Origin: Nemertoderma westbladi
Taxonomy: Eukaryota > Animalia > Xenacoelomorpha
Direction: 5' to 3'
Length of the DNA stretch: 64,000 nucleotides
Assembly (NCBI GenBank): GCA_032718475.1
Contig: JAUCBJ010008735.1
Coordinates: 1 to 64,000, forward strand
The notes under the pieces were generated by a model that was not told where the DNA came from, searched no databases, and worked only from the letters and a program-made list of their open reading frames with translations. Shown here piece by piece: positions 13,201 through 25,862 of the stretch (the first letter of the stretch is position 1; the number at the start of each line of letters is the position of its first letter). The position numbers and the translations under genes are program-made.

Positions 13201-14006
13201 CAATATGACCCCCTCCCGGTATTTGTACATCATTTTATAGCCCGGTACTAATAGGGTTAATGGATAAGGTAAGTCAACCTACACAGAGAGAAATGTGTAG
13301 ACAAGAGGCGCCAGTACAACTTAGTAATAGGCCCATAAATCAACAACCCACAGTAAGCCCTAACGAGAGGGATGATGCTAAGCAACAGCCAGTGAAGCAT
13401 TCAACCATTACTTTACCTAACAGGTTTAGGTGGAAACGACAATATATTAACTGGCACAGGGAAGATTAACCCAGTTAGAACTCAGGTTGCTAATATAGGT
13501 AAGGCAACGAATATTAATGACCACACTATATTTGACCAATATAATTATATAAATCCTAGTGGTAGTAATAATAATAATATAAACAGTAGAGAAACCCAAA
13601 ATAAAAATACATGTAGTAGCGCAGTTGTCACCAGTACAGTAGGAGGGACATGGACATATGCCAACTATAGAGCAAACCCTCTAACGGTATGTACAGTAAG
13701 TTATCCTATAACTAGTACGGTGACATCTGCTGCAAAAACTGGTACATGTATTAAAACAGGAACGCATCCAAAGTACGCGCGGCAAACTATGGGAAGGCAA
13801 CCTAACCAGGATGTTGGACCATATAAGGCCAAAAATTATGCTTCGCATGGTCTGCAAGAGTGGACGATAGAACCACCAGCATTCCATGGGAGTCAAATGG
13901 GAACACCACTCCAGAAAGAAGTCGCGGCAAAACCCGGGCAGGCATATCTCACCCACTCGACGAAACATATCCCTCTGGTCACCTTTGCCAGAGGAGTTCC
14001 CTTACA
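10247..14006 (+). mobile_element. Degenerate LTR retrotransposon relic (gag-like coiled coil, possibly BEL/Pao)
   Basis: ~60-bp direct repeat ending ..gagttcccttaca at ~10381-10436 and ~13945-14006; Ser-rich then Glu/Arg-rich coiled-coil ORF 10939-11454 with a 141-bp tandem duplication; the reading frame continues across the piggyBac MITE (..MNTLL|MDKVSQ..). Confidence 0.45.
11702..13256. mobile_element. piggyBac-type non-autonomous element (MITE) with internal ~180-bp degenerate tandem repeats
   Basis: TTAA TSD (11698-11701, 13257-13260); termini CCCTATTA...TAATAGGG; subterminal palindrome ggggtcaatatgacccc at both ends. Confidence 0.88.
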
Positions 14007-14146
14007 CATTTCTGCACTTGACAAGCCAAACAATTTTAGATTAAAAAGAAAAGGTCTAAAGAGTACGATACAGGGTAGACTAATACTGTACTACAATACA
14101 AAATGGCACCGGAATCTGTAAACCATTGGGCAGGTGCTAAAATGCA

Positions 14147-14975
14147 CAACGAGCAACAATGACCAACAACGAGCAACAATGAGCAACAACGAGCAACAAC
14201 GAGTAACAATGAGCAACAACGAGCAACAATGAGCAACAATGAGCAACAATGAGCAACAACGAGCATCAATGAGCAACTACGAGCAACAATGAGCAACAAC
14301 GAGCAACAACGAGCAACAATGAGCAACAACGAGCAACAATGAGCAATAATAAAGTGCAACAATGAGCAACAATGACCAACAATGAGCAACAATGACCAAC
14401 AACGAGCAACAATAAGCAACAACGAGCAACAATAAGCAACAACGAGCAACAATGAGCAACAACGAGCAACAATGAGCAACAACGAGCAACAACGAGCAAC
14501 AATGAGCAACAACGAGCAACAACGAGCAATAATAAAGTACAACAATGAGCAACAACGAGCAACAATGAGCAACAACGAGCAACAATGAGCAATAATAAAG
14601 TACAACAATGAGCAACAATGACCAACAACAAGCAACAATGAACAACAATGACCAACAATGAGCAACAATGAGCAACAATGACCAACAACTAGCAACAACG
14701 AGCAACAACGAGCAACAATGAGCAATAATAAAGGGCAACAACGAGCAACAATGACCAACAATGAGCAACAACGAGCAACAATGAGCAACAATGACCAACA
14801 ACAAGCAACAATGAACAACAATGACCAACAATGAGCAACAATGAGCAACAATGACCAACAACTAGCAACAACGAGCAACAACGAGCAACAATGAGCAATA
14901 ATAAAGGGCAACAACGAGCAACAATGACCAACAATGAGCAACAACGAGCAACAATGGGCAACAACGAGCAACAAT
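14147..14975. repeat. Left TIR array of ~10-bp units (aa[c/t]gagcaac)
   Basis: Continuous gagcaacaat/gagcaacaac/gaccaacaat units. Confidence 0.95.
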
Positions 14976-15170
14976 TATCGGACAGTGAAATTATGACGAT
15001 TAAACTAATCGATTTTTTCAAAAAATCTATTGTTTTTGAGCCAAGAGTTTTTTATTGTATATATAAAGAAACAAAAAACACAACCGGTGTCCAGCTAAAC
15101 TAATAATAAACTCTGAAACTATTGAAAACTCATTCCGAAACCTATTCAAATCCTATTCAATACTAAAAAA

Positions 15171-17289
15171 TCATTCCGGTACCGCCAGTCCTTTCATTGT
15201 GAGATAATGGAGCTGAATTTTGGTGAGGAATTGTTTGGTATCTTTATGGGTAGTAATTTTATTCATAGAGAACTGCGAATCATAGTTTGCTAAACACTGA
15301 CCAAGAAAGTGGATATATATATTGCCAGCTTTTCGGGCTGGTGTTCCATCTTTTTCAAAATAATCCCGAACACCAACAGTTTTCACAACCAGTTTGTCAG
15401 TGAGGTTTAAGTTGACACGGCATTGCTCACATCGGCTAACCTTGGCCGGACAATTTTTTGTATCCGCGCGTGACACAAGTAGGTATTGATTAGAGACACA
15501 TCTATCTGGATCAATGGCGGCAATTTCTTCGGAATCCGCTGGGTAGTTGTGATCACTTTGAACAACCTCCTCATTTACGTAGTTACCCTGTTCCAGACTG
15601 ATAATTTCCGCAGACTGATTGCTGCTACATGGAATTGGCGAGACGCGATCAATAAACAAATCAGGCTCGGGCTGGGTAGCACGTTTATTGGAGTGCTGTT
15701 TTGAAGAAACTGCACTATTGCTGTTGCCTATGGGGCACTAACTTGCCCCATAGGGGCAAGTTGCCCCTATGGGGGCAACTTGCCTGCCCCCATAGGTTTG
15801 TCAAACAACTCAAGAGGTGTTAGTCTAAACGAAAAGAAGGCATTAATCAAATCACTTTTCTTACCATAACCCAAGTTACACTAAACTGTTGGCTCACGAA
15901 AAAATTTCCATACCTTCCATCCAATCGATATTTACCTTGGCCGATCAAGGCTCGAATGGCCTCACTTTTGTAAGTGCTAACCCAGTCTCAAAAGGCCGCA
16001 GTTGCTGCAGAGACTTCTTTTGGAACATCACCGTCCTTGAAATGTTTTTTCTGAAGTTTATGGTTAAGTTCTAGGGGATTTTGGAAAAATCGGGAGGTTA
16101 GGTTGTGTTGTCTTCGCACGGAAATAATGACAGACTTTCGGAAGATTTCAGAGCGTTTTCTCTCAAACCAGCTATAGTATCCAGGAACTAAAGAATTCCA
16201 CGACCTCTCCAAGGATAGCAGTTTTGCATTGAAATCATCCACATCTTCTGAGTCAGCGAGGCCAAGTTCAAGCACAGTATTAATATGAGAACCATATGTA
16301 TCAGCTAGGATGTGTTTCATAGCAGATTCCGAAGCACCTAACTTTCGAAGTTTTACTTTATCCCGCTCCTCAAGGTGATCCAAGCAATAGAGATTAGTGC
16401 ATTCACAAAGACTGAGAAAAATCCATTCACAGTAGCTGCATCTATATCATGGCCTAATATTCTCAAACCTGAAAGTTTTGGATTAGCCACTATAAGCTCC
16501 GATACCAGTCGTCTATAAGTATCCTCTGTTTTCTTGAAATGCCAAATCTTGGACCGGGAAACTCGGTATGCTTCCCCCTTGTATTGATTAATGTATATAT
16601 AAGTTTGTATAAGAAGCATCTGTTAGGAAAAGGAAATCTGCAAGTTCAAAAGTTGTATCAACACGGAGGATTGCGTTTTCTTTGACACAAAATCGTTCAA
16701 TGTCAACTAACATTTGGTCTGTGTATAGGGCAAGCAAATACTCATTATTCAACACAGTTAAACTTCTGCAGTAGTCATGGAATTGTTTAATTAGTAACAC
16801 TAGGCGCTCAAGTTCTGATTTTATTCCTTCCACGTGGACTAATTCTCTTGGCTTTCTTATTGTTTGTTTAAGGTTATGTAACTGCTTTAGATTTCGTGGC
16901 TGAGTACTAACAGAAGACATATCTATTACATCTTCTTCACCTGTCATTGATTGGTAAGTAGATGGTGCAGATATACCAGATTTAAATGAGTGGCATGCGG
17001 TTTCAAATACCTCAGGATCTGTTCGGTAATATGAAGTAGCAGTTGGTGTCTTTGCATTTCCATGCCGTGGAAGTTCAAATTCTTCTGAGTTGTCCTTGGT
17101 ATGTTTTATCTTGGTCCGACCAAATATAAACAAACAGGTAGAATTTCTCTTCATTATTTTCAGATACCTTTCGAACTGTGGCAATGAGATTCGTAAACCC
17201 ATTGTCCTTATTTTTGCGGTCCGTTGCAGCTCATAAACCTGATTAATATCAACACCAACTTTAGAATATTTTGGCCCCTTAGATTCCAT
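15171..17289 (-). pseudogene. MULE DDE transposase, frameshifted
   Basis: RVDTTFEL..FLTDASYTNL (D1), LRILGHDIDAA..GF..VF.NA (D2), .DHL, QNPLELNH (E); C-terminal RCEQC...YIHFLGQCL; split over four ORFs. Confidence 0.75.
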
Positions 17290-17439
17290 TCTCTTACATT
17301 CTGTTCCTGAAGCTGAAATGCGGTGATTAACATAGAATGTACCATTGCTATTTGGTTGGCAGGACCTAATATCTTTTATTCCTGTATCTCTGTTTCCGTT
17401 TTCACTATTACGGGCATCCTCAAACGTAATAAACCCATA

Positions 17440-18376
17440 ATTGTTGCTCGTTGTTGCTCATTGTTGCTCATTGTTACTCGGTGTACTTTATTATTGCTCA
17501 TTGTTGCTCGTTGTTGCTCATTGTTGCTCATTGTTGCTCGTTGTTGCTCGTTGTTGCTCGTTGTTGCTCATTGTTGCTCATTGTTGGTCATTGCTGCTCG
17601 TTGGTCATTGTTGCTCATTGTTGTACTTTATTATTGCTCATTGTTGCTCATTGTTGCTCGTTGTTGCTCATTGTTGCTCGTTGTTGCTCGTTGTTGCTCA
17701 TAGTTGCTCGTTGTTGGTCATTGTTGCTCATTGTTGTACTTTATTATTGCTCATTGTTGCTCATTGTTGTTCGTTGTTGCTCGTTGTTGCTCATTGTCGC
17801 TCACTGTTGCTCATTGTTCCTCATTGTTGGTCATTGTTGCTCATTGTTACTCGTTGTTGTACTTTATTATTGCTCATTGTTGCTCGTTGTTGCTCATTGC
17901 TGCTCATTGTTGCTCATTGTTACTCGGTGTACTTTATTATTGCTCATTGTTGCTCGTTGTTGCTCATTGTTGCTCATTGTTGCTCGTTGTTGCTCGTTGT
18001 TGCTCATTGTTGCTCATTGTTGGTCATTGCTGCTCGTTGGTCATTGTTGCTCATTGTTGTACTTTATTATTGCTCATTGTTGCTCATTGTTGCTCGTTGT
18101 TGCTCATTGTTGCTCGTTGTTGCTCGTTGTTGCTCATAGTTGCTCGTTGTTGGTCATTGTTGCTCATTGTTGTACTTTATTATTGCTCATTGTTGCTCAT
18201 TGTTGTTCGTTGTTGCTCGTTGTTGCTCATTGTCGCTCACTGTTGCTCATTGTTCCTCATTGTTGGTCATTGTTGCTCATTGTTACTCGTTGTTGTACTT
18301 TATTATTGCTCATTGTTGCTCGTTGTTGCTCATTGCTGCTCATTGTTGCTCGTTGTTGCTCGTTGTTGCTCATTGT
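17440..18376. repeat. Right TIR array (reverse complement of 14147-14975), resuming at 21077-21200 and 21429-21451
   Basis: gttgctcatt/gttgctcgtt units; ~440-bp higher-order duplication (e.g. catagttgctcg near 17700 and 18136). Confidence 0.95.
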
Positions 18377-21077
18377 AACTTCATTGAAACTAATTGAAAC
18401 TCGGCCAATGCATCAATTGGCGGAGTAGGAATTCTGCTAAGCCCATTTGCACTTAAGACCCTAAACAACATCGAATCTATAAATTCCAGGGTTATGATCG
18501 CAACACTTGATGGGAATCCCAAGACAACAGTTATATGTTGCTACAGTCCAACCAATGCCACAGAGCCAGAACAAGCAGTCAAGTTTTATGAAGATCTGAC
18601 TGGACTTATAAAGGACATTCCGAAACACAATGTTAAAGTCATTGCTGGTGACCTGAATGCGCAAATTGGCCCAGAAGACATCAAGGGTTACACCTATAAC
18701 ACCAGTTCTAACAGAAATGGGTACTTACTTTTAGACCTAATGGAAGAATGTGAATTGATACCAACAAACAACACATTCGAAAAGAGTAAGGGGAAGCTAT
18801 GGACCTTTCAATACCCTAATGGAACCAAAGCACAACTGGATTACATCCTTATAAACAAAAAGTGGAGAAACAGCATGATCAACTGCGAGGCATACAGCTC
18901 GTTCAACCTAATTGGTTCGGACCACAGAATTGTGACTGCAGAGATCAGACTCAGTTTGAGAGCCAGCAAACCCAGGACAAGCAAGCAAATCAACTATGAC
19001 TGGGAGAAACTCAGAACTGACAATGCAGTAAAGGATGCTTACACAGTAGAAGTTCAAAACCTCTTTGAAGCACTTCAGTCAATGGATGAAGACCAGTCCA
19101 CCGATTCAATATACCAGAATATAATAACAGCCCACAAGGAATCAGCTAAGAGGCATATCCCCCAGAAACCCAAACGAAAACAGTATGTGCCATGGCAAAA
19201 CTCTGAGGTTACTTGTAAGAGAGAAGATCTTAAGATAGCCTACAAAGTTAAAACCGAACAACCAACAACAGAAAACATTAACAAGGTTGAGAAAGCTAAG
19301 GACGATCTTAAATTGGCCTACAACATCAGCCAGGAAAAGTACATACAGGATAAAATTGAAGCAATTACAACTGCTCACATACAGCAACAATCAAGACTTA
19401 CCTGGCAAACTGTAAATGAGGTATCTGGTCGGAAAAGTTGTGCAAAGGGGCGCCTCAAAGCCGATAGTCCTGAAGAACGTGTTGGGAAGTGGAAAAATCA
19501 CTTCAGCAACTTGCTTGGGCAGCCACCAAACATCGAGGTCAGCCCTACAAGGAAAATATATGACAAGACACTACCTATAGAAACAGGGGACTTCACACCT
19601 GCCGAACTCCAGAGAAGCATTAAAAGCATGTCCAATAATAAAGCGAGTGGATTAGATGAAATCCCAGCGGAGGTATGGAAAACAGGAGTGCTAAACAGAC
19701 CATTATTGAATGTTTGCAACCGGATGTTAAAAGGGGAAAAGCCACCACCAATTTGGACTAAAGGTCAACTAAAGCCTCTCCCCAAGAAAGGAGACCTCGG
19801 TATACCAACAAACTATCGTGGGATCTGTCTGCTTGTGGTAGCTGCCAAAATATACAATAAAATGATTCTATATAGGATTAGGCCTCACATAGAGAAACTA
19901 CTGCGTAAGAGCCAAAACGGATTTCGACCAAGTAGATCAACAATAGCTCAGATACTTGCACTACGGAGACTGATTGAAGGAATTAAGTCGAAGAATCTCC
20001 CCGCAGTCATGACTTTTGTGGACTTCAAGAAGGCATTCGACTCCATCCATAGAGGTAAAATGCTTGAAATCCTAAGAGCTTATGGAATACCAGAAGTAAT
20101 TGTTGCTGGCATTGGATTGTTATATTGTGACACAGAAGCGCAGGTACTCTCACCAGATGGTGAAACTGAGTTTTTCTCAATCCTGGCTGGGGTACTGCAA
20201 GGTGACACATTAGCACCATTACTATTTGTAATTGTGCTGGATTACGCAATGAGGACAGCCACAAAGGGTGAAGACCTGGGATTCACACTTCAAGAACGCA
20301 GAAGTAGTAGATATCCGGCAACTACAGTCACAGACACCGACTTTGCGGATGACATCGCCCTGCTCTCTAATACCCTAGCAGATGCACAGCTTCTACTAAA
20401 TAAAGTGGAGAGGGCTGCTAAGGAGGTTGGATTGCATATAAATGCTACCAAGACCGAATTCATGACCTTTAATGTTGATGGAAACTTGACAACCATTGAC
20501 AATAATCAACTAAGGAAGGTTGACGACTTCCAGTACCTTGGATCATGGATAGAGAGTAGTAAAAAGGACATAGAAGTTAGGAAAGCAAAGGCTTGGGTAG
20601 CTCTATCAAAAATGGATACCATCTGGAAATCAGATCTCTCCAGGCACCTGAAGACTAGTTCTTTCGAGCCACAGTGGAAAGTGTATTTTTATACGGGGGT
20701 GAGACCTGGACACTGACTAAATCACTTGAACAACGAATTGATGGTTGCTACACAAGACTACTAAGGGCAGCCCTAAACATCAGCTGGAGACAACACATGA
20801 CAAACGCCGAGCTTTATGGTACAATACCACCTGTATCAACCACCCTCCGTAAACGCAGATTAAGATTCAGTGGGCAGAGGTCATACCAGATCTACTTTTC
20901 TGGCAACCGACTCATGGAAAGCGTAGTCGTGGCCGACCAGCCATAACATATATAGATCAACTTGAAAGGGATACTGAACTTGGGAGAAACGAAATTGCGA
21001 CAACTATGGAGAATCGGGAAGCCTGGAAGGATCTCATTTCCACTGTCCGAGTTCGCTCGACCTAGTAGTAGTAGTAG
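18377..21077 (+). mobile_element. RTE LINE (family A), 5'-truncated in the APE domain, inserted in the MULE TIR
   Basis: GGVGILL, YSPT, AGDLNA, LDYIL, SDH (APE); LPKKGDL, FVDFKKAFDS, GVLQGDTLAP, FADD (RT); ORF 18494-20716 with a frameshift near 20660; (TAG)n tail; probable TSD ttgctcattgt. Confidence 0.93.
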
Positions 21078-21199
21078 TTGCTCATTGTTGCCCGTTGTTG
21101 GTCATTGTTGCTCGTTGTTGCTCATTGTTGCTCGTTGTTGCTCATTGTTGCTCGTTGTTGCTCATTGTTGCTCGTTGTTGGTCATAGGTCACTGTTGTT

Positions 21200-21430
21200 G
21201 GCCAGTGCATAATCTTGTACTTTGGCAGCCTCATGGAGTGAATAAGCATGGTGGACAGCCCATGACTTTCTTGAGACGCATCTTAAAGGACACTGGCCTT
21301 GAAGATGCGGATGATCCAGCAAATTTCATGGGTGATAGGGAGTTGTGGCGGTGCAATTTTGTCGATAAGCCGACACAGAATTCTTAAAAATGCAGCTGCA
21401 ATGCAGCATGCCGATCCTAGTAGTAGTAGT
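21200..21430 (+). mobile_element. Short 3' fragment of RTE family B
   Basis: Matches ~59239-59467 including the atcctagtagtag tail. Confidence 0.88.
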
Positions 21431-22587
21431 TGGTCATTGTTGCTCGTTGTTCATTTTAGCACCTACCAAACCATTGTTGAATTTGAATTCCCCTCCAGTA
21501 CGCTACCAGCATGAGGCAAGCTGGAGTTATTTGATTGGCTTAAAAAGATTTGAAGCTAGCTATTCGTCAGAAATACTGTATACTTTTCAAGCCCTATATT
21601 TTTTACTCATTTGCCCTATATTTATGTAGGCCTAACTGTAACACAGTGCAATGTACAACCTAATGCAGTATCGGTGATCCTAGGCGATTCTGCCCCCCCA
21701 TGCGGAATGCCCCCCCCCCCCCCCCTCCCTATAGACTTGCAGTATAATAATAATGTAGAAGGGCCTAGCGTTCCATAAATAGTACATAGGGTAATGCAGC
21801 ATTAGGTGACGTATTGCCGCACATAGCTTTAGGTCCTGGTGCATAGGCGCATAGTCGAGTGTAGCGTTACTAGCATTAGGCCCTGTAGCTTTACTTTAGG
21901 TCCTGTAGCGTTAGGTCTTGTATCATATATATCTGTCTGGTTTTCTAATCACTGATTCTAGAATATTACTAACTCTCATTTAGTGTTTTGGTTCTTTCAA
22001 CTCGCCTCTGTAACATGCTCCATTACTAACCTGCCTGGTTTTGGAGGCAGACTGGACCTACTGACCTAACAGCCTAATGGCACGGACCTAGCGCTACCAG
22101 GATTTAACGCTACGGATCTAATGCTACCAGTACCTAATTCCATACGCACCTAAAGCTATCAGGACCTAAAGCGCCAGGACCTACTGCACCATAACCCCAT
22201 ACTTTAACTTTAACTTATATTTATTGGTATATATTTTTTAGTTAGGGTGAGTTGGTCAGGCCCAAACCCTAATTAAAACTGTCATGTAACCCTAACCCTA
22301 AGTCATGAGGCTATAATCTAAGAAAGTTTGTGGAATTTTCTAACCCATTAATATTTTCAATTTCTTAATTACGTCGTTTATTACTGTAGTTTAATTTCTT
22401 ATTGCAATAGGCCTAGTGCACTGTAGTGGATTTCTTTCTACTTATCAGTGTTAATTCTTTCATTTGAGAATTACCTGTATTTGTAATTCGCTAATTAACT
22501 TTCTAGTTAAATTATTAAACTGTGTTGGTACATTAATATGGTCAATTTCTTAATTGTTTTCATTGATAATTAAATTGTTCATCACGC

Positions 22588-22715
22588 TTTGTAATCGATT
22601 TTACGCGCCTCTGTAGGCATCATATAATAAAAAATGTACTCACTCAAGAATTTAATTTTATGAACGCCGTTTTAGGAGCTTAACGTGCCAGAGGCACGTA
22701 AAATCCATTACAAGG
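22588..22715. mobile_element. Small MITE-like inverted repeat
   Basis: ttgtaatcgattttacgcgcctctg ... cagaggcacgtaaaatccattacaa imperfect ~27-bp inverted repeat. Confidence 0.5.
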
Positions 22716-23487
22716 ATTTACTACCGTAAACTCGTTAAACTGACAAATAAAGGCACAAAAACAGATGGCGGTTACTGTGGTTACTTCTACGTGTTTTATA
22801 ACAATATCGGCTTAGTTTAATATGAAAACTACAATAAGCAAATCAACTATTACCCAGTGCACTATACTCACTGTTTCTAATAATAATAAAAATACATGGT
22901 TATTAAAGTCACATAAGTATTGAATAATTGTGCTTCAATATAAGGTTGCGAAGATAAATTTCATTCACTTGTGTAATATTTTGGAACATTCAACAATGTT
23001 CAACATTTTTAGGATACGCAACTCTTAGCTGTCCGCTATAAAATTTCGTATCCATTCTTAGCTTAAACGTATTAACGGTGATAATGGTTCTCCAGTATCA
23101 CTGTCACAAGTTATTTGTATAGATTGTGAATGAACCATAATGCTGACGTTATTATTATCATTTAGTTCTGAACTAATTTAGCTATAATAATCTATAATAG
23201 CTCTAATCTATCTGATAGTGCTGATGTACCGAGGAACGTACGATACATACAGTCCCAATCCTGTGTGTCCTAGAATGCGTCCTAGATCCGTTTATTGGGA
23301 TTGGGACTGTACTACAGTAGGCACAGAAAATGGCATCGAACGAACCTGAGATTATTGCCTTCAACTAATTGCTATACCGGGCAATGCCATTCCATTCTAT
23401 GTTTGTTACGACACACCATGCCGCACATACCAACCTATGCAGCAGGGATGTGGCGTGTTACGCAATTAAATGCTGTGCCATGACGTG

Positions 23488-23770
23488 CAGGTTCCACCTT
23501 GGTGTAGTGGTTGCATTGAATTCACATCTCCCGTAGGTCGTGGGTTCGATCCTCACATGGGCCAGGGCAGTTTTCTTTTCGGCACGAATGCTTTAAATCG
23601 ACCAGCCAGGGCGCATCTCTGCCTTGTATCCTTAAGTGGTAGCTAAATGAGTACTGGAGCTTCCTCTGGGGAGTAAAGTTCTGGGGGGACCGCACTGGAA
23701 ATAAGTCGTCAGACTTTGTGCGTAATCCCTGGGCTAGTGGCCGAAGAAAATTTACTTTACTTTTTACTTT
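23488..23770 (+). mobile_element. tRNA-derived SINE with a Nin-domain-like core
   Basis: A box tggtgtagtgg, B box ggttcgatcc, core 'tcctt..tggtagctaaatgagtactggagcttc.tctggggagtaaag', (TTTAC)n tail. Confidence 0.75.
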
Positions 23771-24012
23771 AGTTCATCACAGTATACCATGGTCAAGCTT
23801 CACATGCTATGCTTTGGCATACTGACTACAGTACTTATTAATGGATCGCAATGCGACGTCATGGTGTGATGTTCAATATGCTATAATACTATGCCATGCC
23901 ATTCCTCCTGTGCCTGTCATTCTTTTGCCGATATCATTCATAACGCGGCATGCCGACTGTATAATTGTATCCTGAAGATGGCCCCAGCGCAGAAATTAAT
24001 TGATCTACTTTG

Positions 24013-24159
24013 TAACAACCTCTAGTTATTTAGTATCCGGGGCGGAAAAACTCCATATCACCATAGTCAGATAGCTTTACCCTTCAGCTCTTAAATCCAG
24101 TGATATAGTTTTTTTATAATTTATTCTTGATCAGTATAGCTTGTATATTTTAGTAGACC

Positions 24160-24190
<31 letters not shown>

Positions 24191-25830
24191 AAATTTAATT
24201 ATATTTATTTGTTTTTTAGCAGGTAAACGGAGTTCTAGAATTAGTTTAAAGAGCTATAGTACTATAATTGTTCTAATGTAGAAGTCGAAGAAGTATCTCG
24301 TACATAGTTATTCCGCTATAACCAGTTGTATTCTCCCCTACCCTAAAAGGTGGCGATAGTGTGTATTTGTAAATCGGAATATCGAAATTTACTGTCTTAT
24401 GTAACATAAAGTTATATTCATTCCCTGTTTTAACAACTCGCTATATATACAATCATTACCTAACTATGTATAAACACTAACCACTAGCCCCACCCACCAC
24501 CCTATAATATATTTAAAGGCTTTGCGGATATCATCGCTTAATATTTTGGTGGTTCACCCAGCCATTGCATGGCTGAAAATGTCCCCATAGACTTTGCTTA
24601 TATTGTACGAATTACAATTTAATATAAAAATACTCTTATTCCATGCTTTAGGCCAAAGATCATAAAGATCATGATCAAAGATCATAAAAATGACCCTTTT
24701 GGATAAATTGACTAAAATAGTGTATATCGTCCACTAGCGAACCCGTATCGACCAAAAAGTTTCGAATTTTAAATCAATATCGCTCATTTTGCTTTTTCGG
24801 TATATTTTCGCCTATTTCCCAAAGGTGGCGATTCGCCTCAGATATTCGACTAGGTGGTCGGGAGCCCAATTTTACGAAAATCCATTTATCTCGGCTTCCG
24901 CTGGGTCTTTTCGAAAATTTAAAAAATTGGCGAGCTCCTCCCGTTGTTTCCCATCGATTAGCACCGTTAATTTCGAGATTCGATTAATTAATTTGCTCTT
25001 AATTAGCGCTAATTGCTAATTACTGCATTTTTTAACGATTCGTTAATTTTCCTTCATATCTCGAGAACTTCTTAATTTACGATCCTGGGACCGCTTCCGT
25101 TGGATAGAGCTCGAGCTTCCCTACCATATCTCTTGTACATGTTTTAACTTAAAACTGTTCCTTCCCGTAGTAATAGGCGAAAATAATATCGTCCAATCGG
25201 AAAGCTTCGTTGGCCCCGTAGACCCCCTAGAATTAATTTTTTTCAAATTTTTATCGGGTCCGTCTAGCATAATTCGGGGGTGAGGAACATTTTCTACTTT
25301 CAAACTTTTCTCAAATTCCCACTCCTTCCGGTCGTATTTCGCCAAAGATCGTAAAGATCGTGTTTGATCAGCTACCGATCGGCCCCTATAGGTCGAGTTG
25401 TTCCAAAAAAAGAATGAGCTGGACTAACATCTATACCCCCTACACGATCCCGTTGGCCGCTAGTCTCCATCTATAGCCAGTTTGGCTGTAGCGTTTGGCA
25501 GGAAATTCAAATTTCTAAAACGTTCCATTGGGCCCAACTCGAAAACCGTCGGTCGGATTCGCTCGAAATCAAAATTTAGAAAGTTAATAGGGGGTCTATC
25601 CACCTACTGGGATGGTCGGCTTGCCCCCTAAGCGCCCCCTTATACCCTAACTCGCCCAAATACCCCCCTTTCTTCCACATTCCCGGATTTTTAGTATTGG
25701 GTGAGGTGTATATAGTAGTTAGTGAGGGCTAAAGCCCTTTTCCGCCTTGCGGCGGTTAAAAAACAACCTCTGTCATCCAGTGATGTCGTTTTTTTATCAT
25801 TTATTCTTGATCAGTATAGCTTAATTGGCC

Positions 25831-25862
<32 letters not shown>

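Larger units (their letters stand above)
14129..21467 (-). mobile_element. Mutator (MULE) DNA transposon with foldback-type long TIRs built of 10-bp repeats; two nested RTE insertions
   Basis: 9-bp TSD aaaccattg (14120-14128, 21468-21476); termini GG(C/T)AGGTGCTAAAATG(C/A)ACAACGAGCAAC are inverted; MULE transposase remnants inside. Confidence 0.9.

Noticed and set aside
14036-18428. Long Cys/Leu-rich ORFs (LLIVAHCCS)n on both strands
   Set aside because: Translations of the stop-free 10-bp TIR arrays, open in all three frames; not genes
22240-22305. Telomeric ttaggg/ccctaa motifs
   Set aside because: Only two or three scattered units, typical of MITE/HINE interiors
23490-23560. tRNA gene
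   Set aside because: Only A/B boxes are recognisable, with no full cloverleaf; continues into a SINE body and tail
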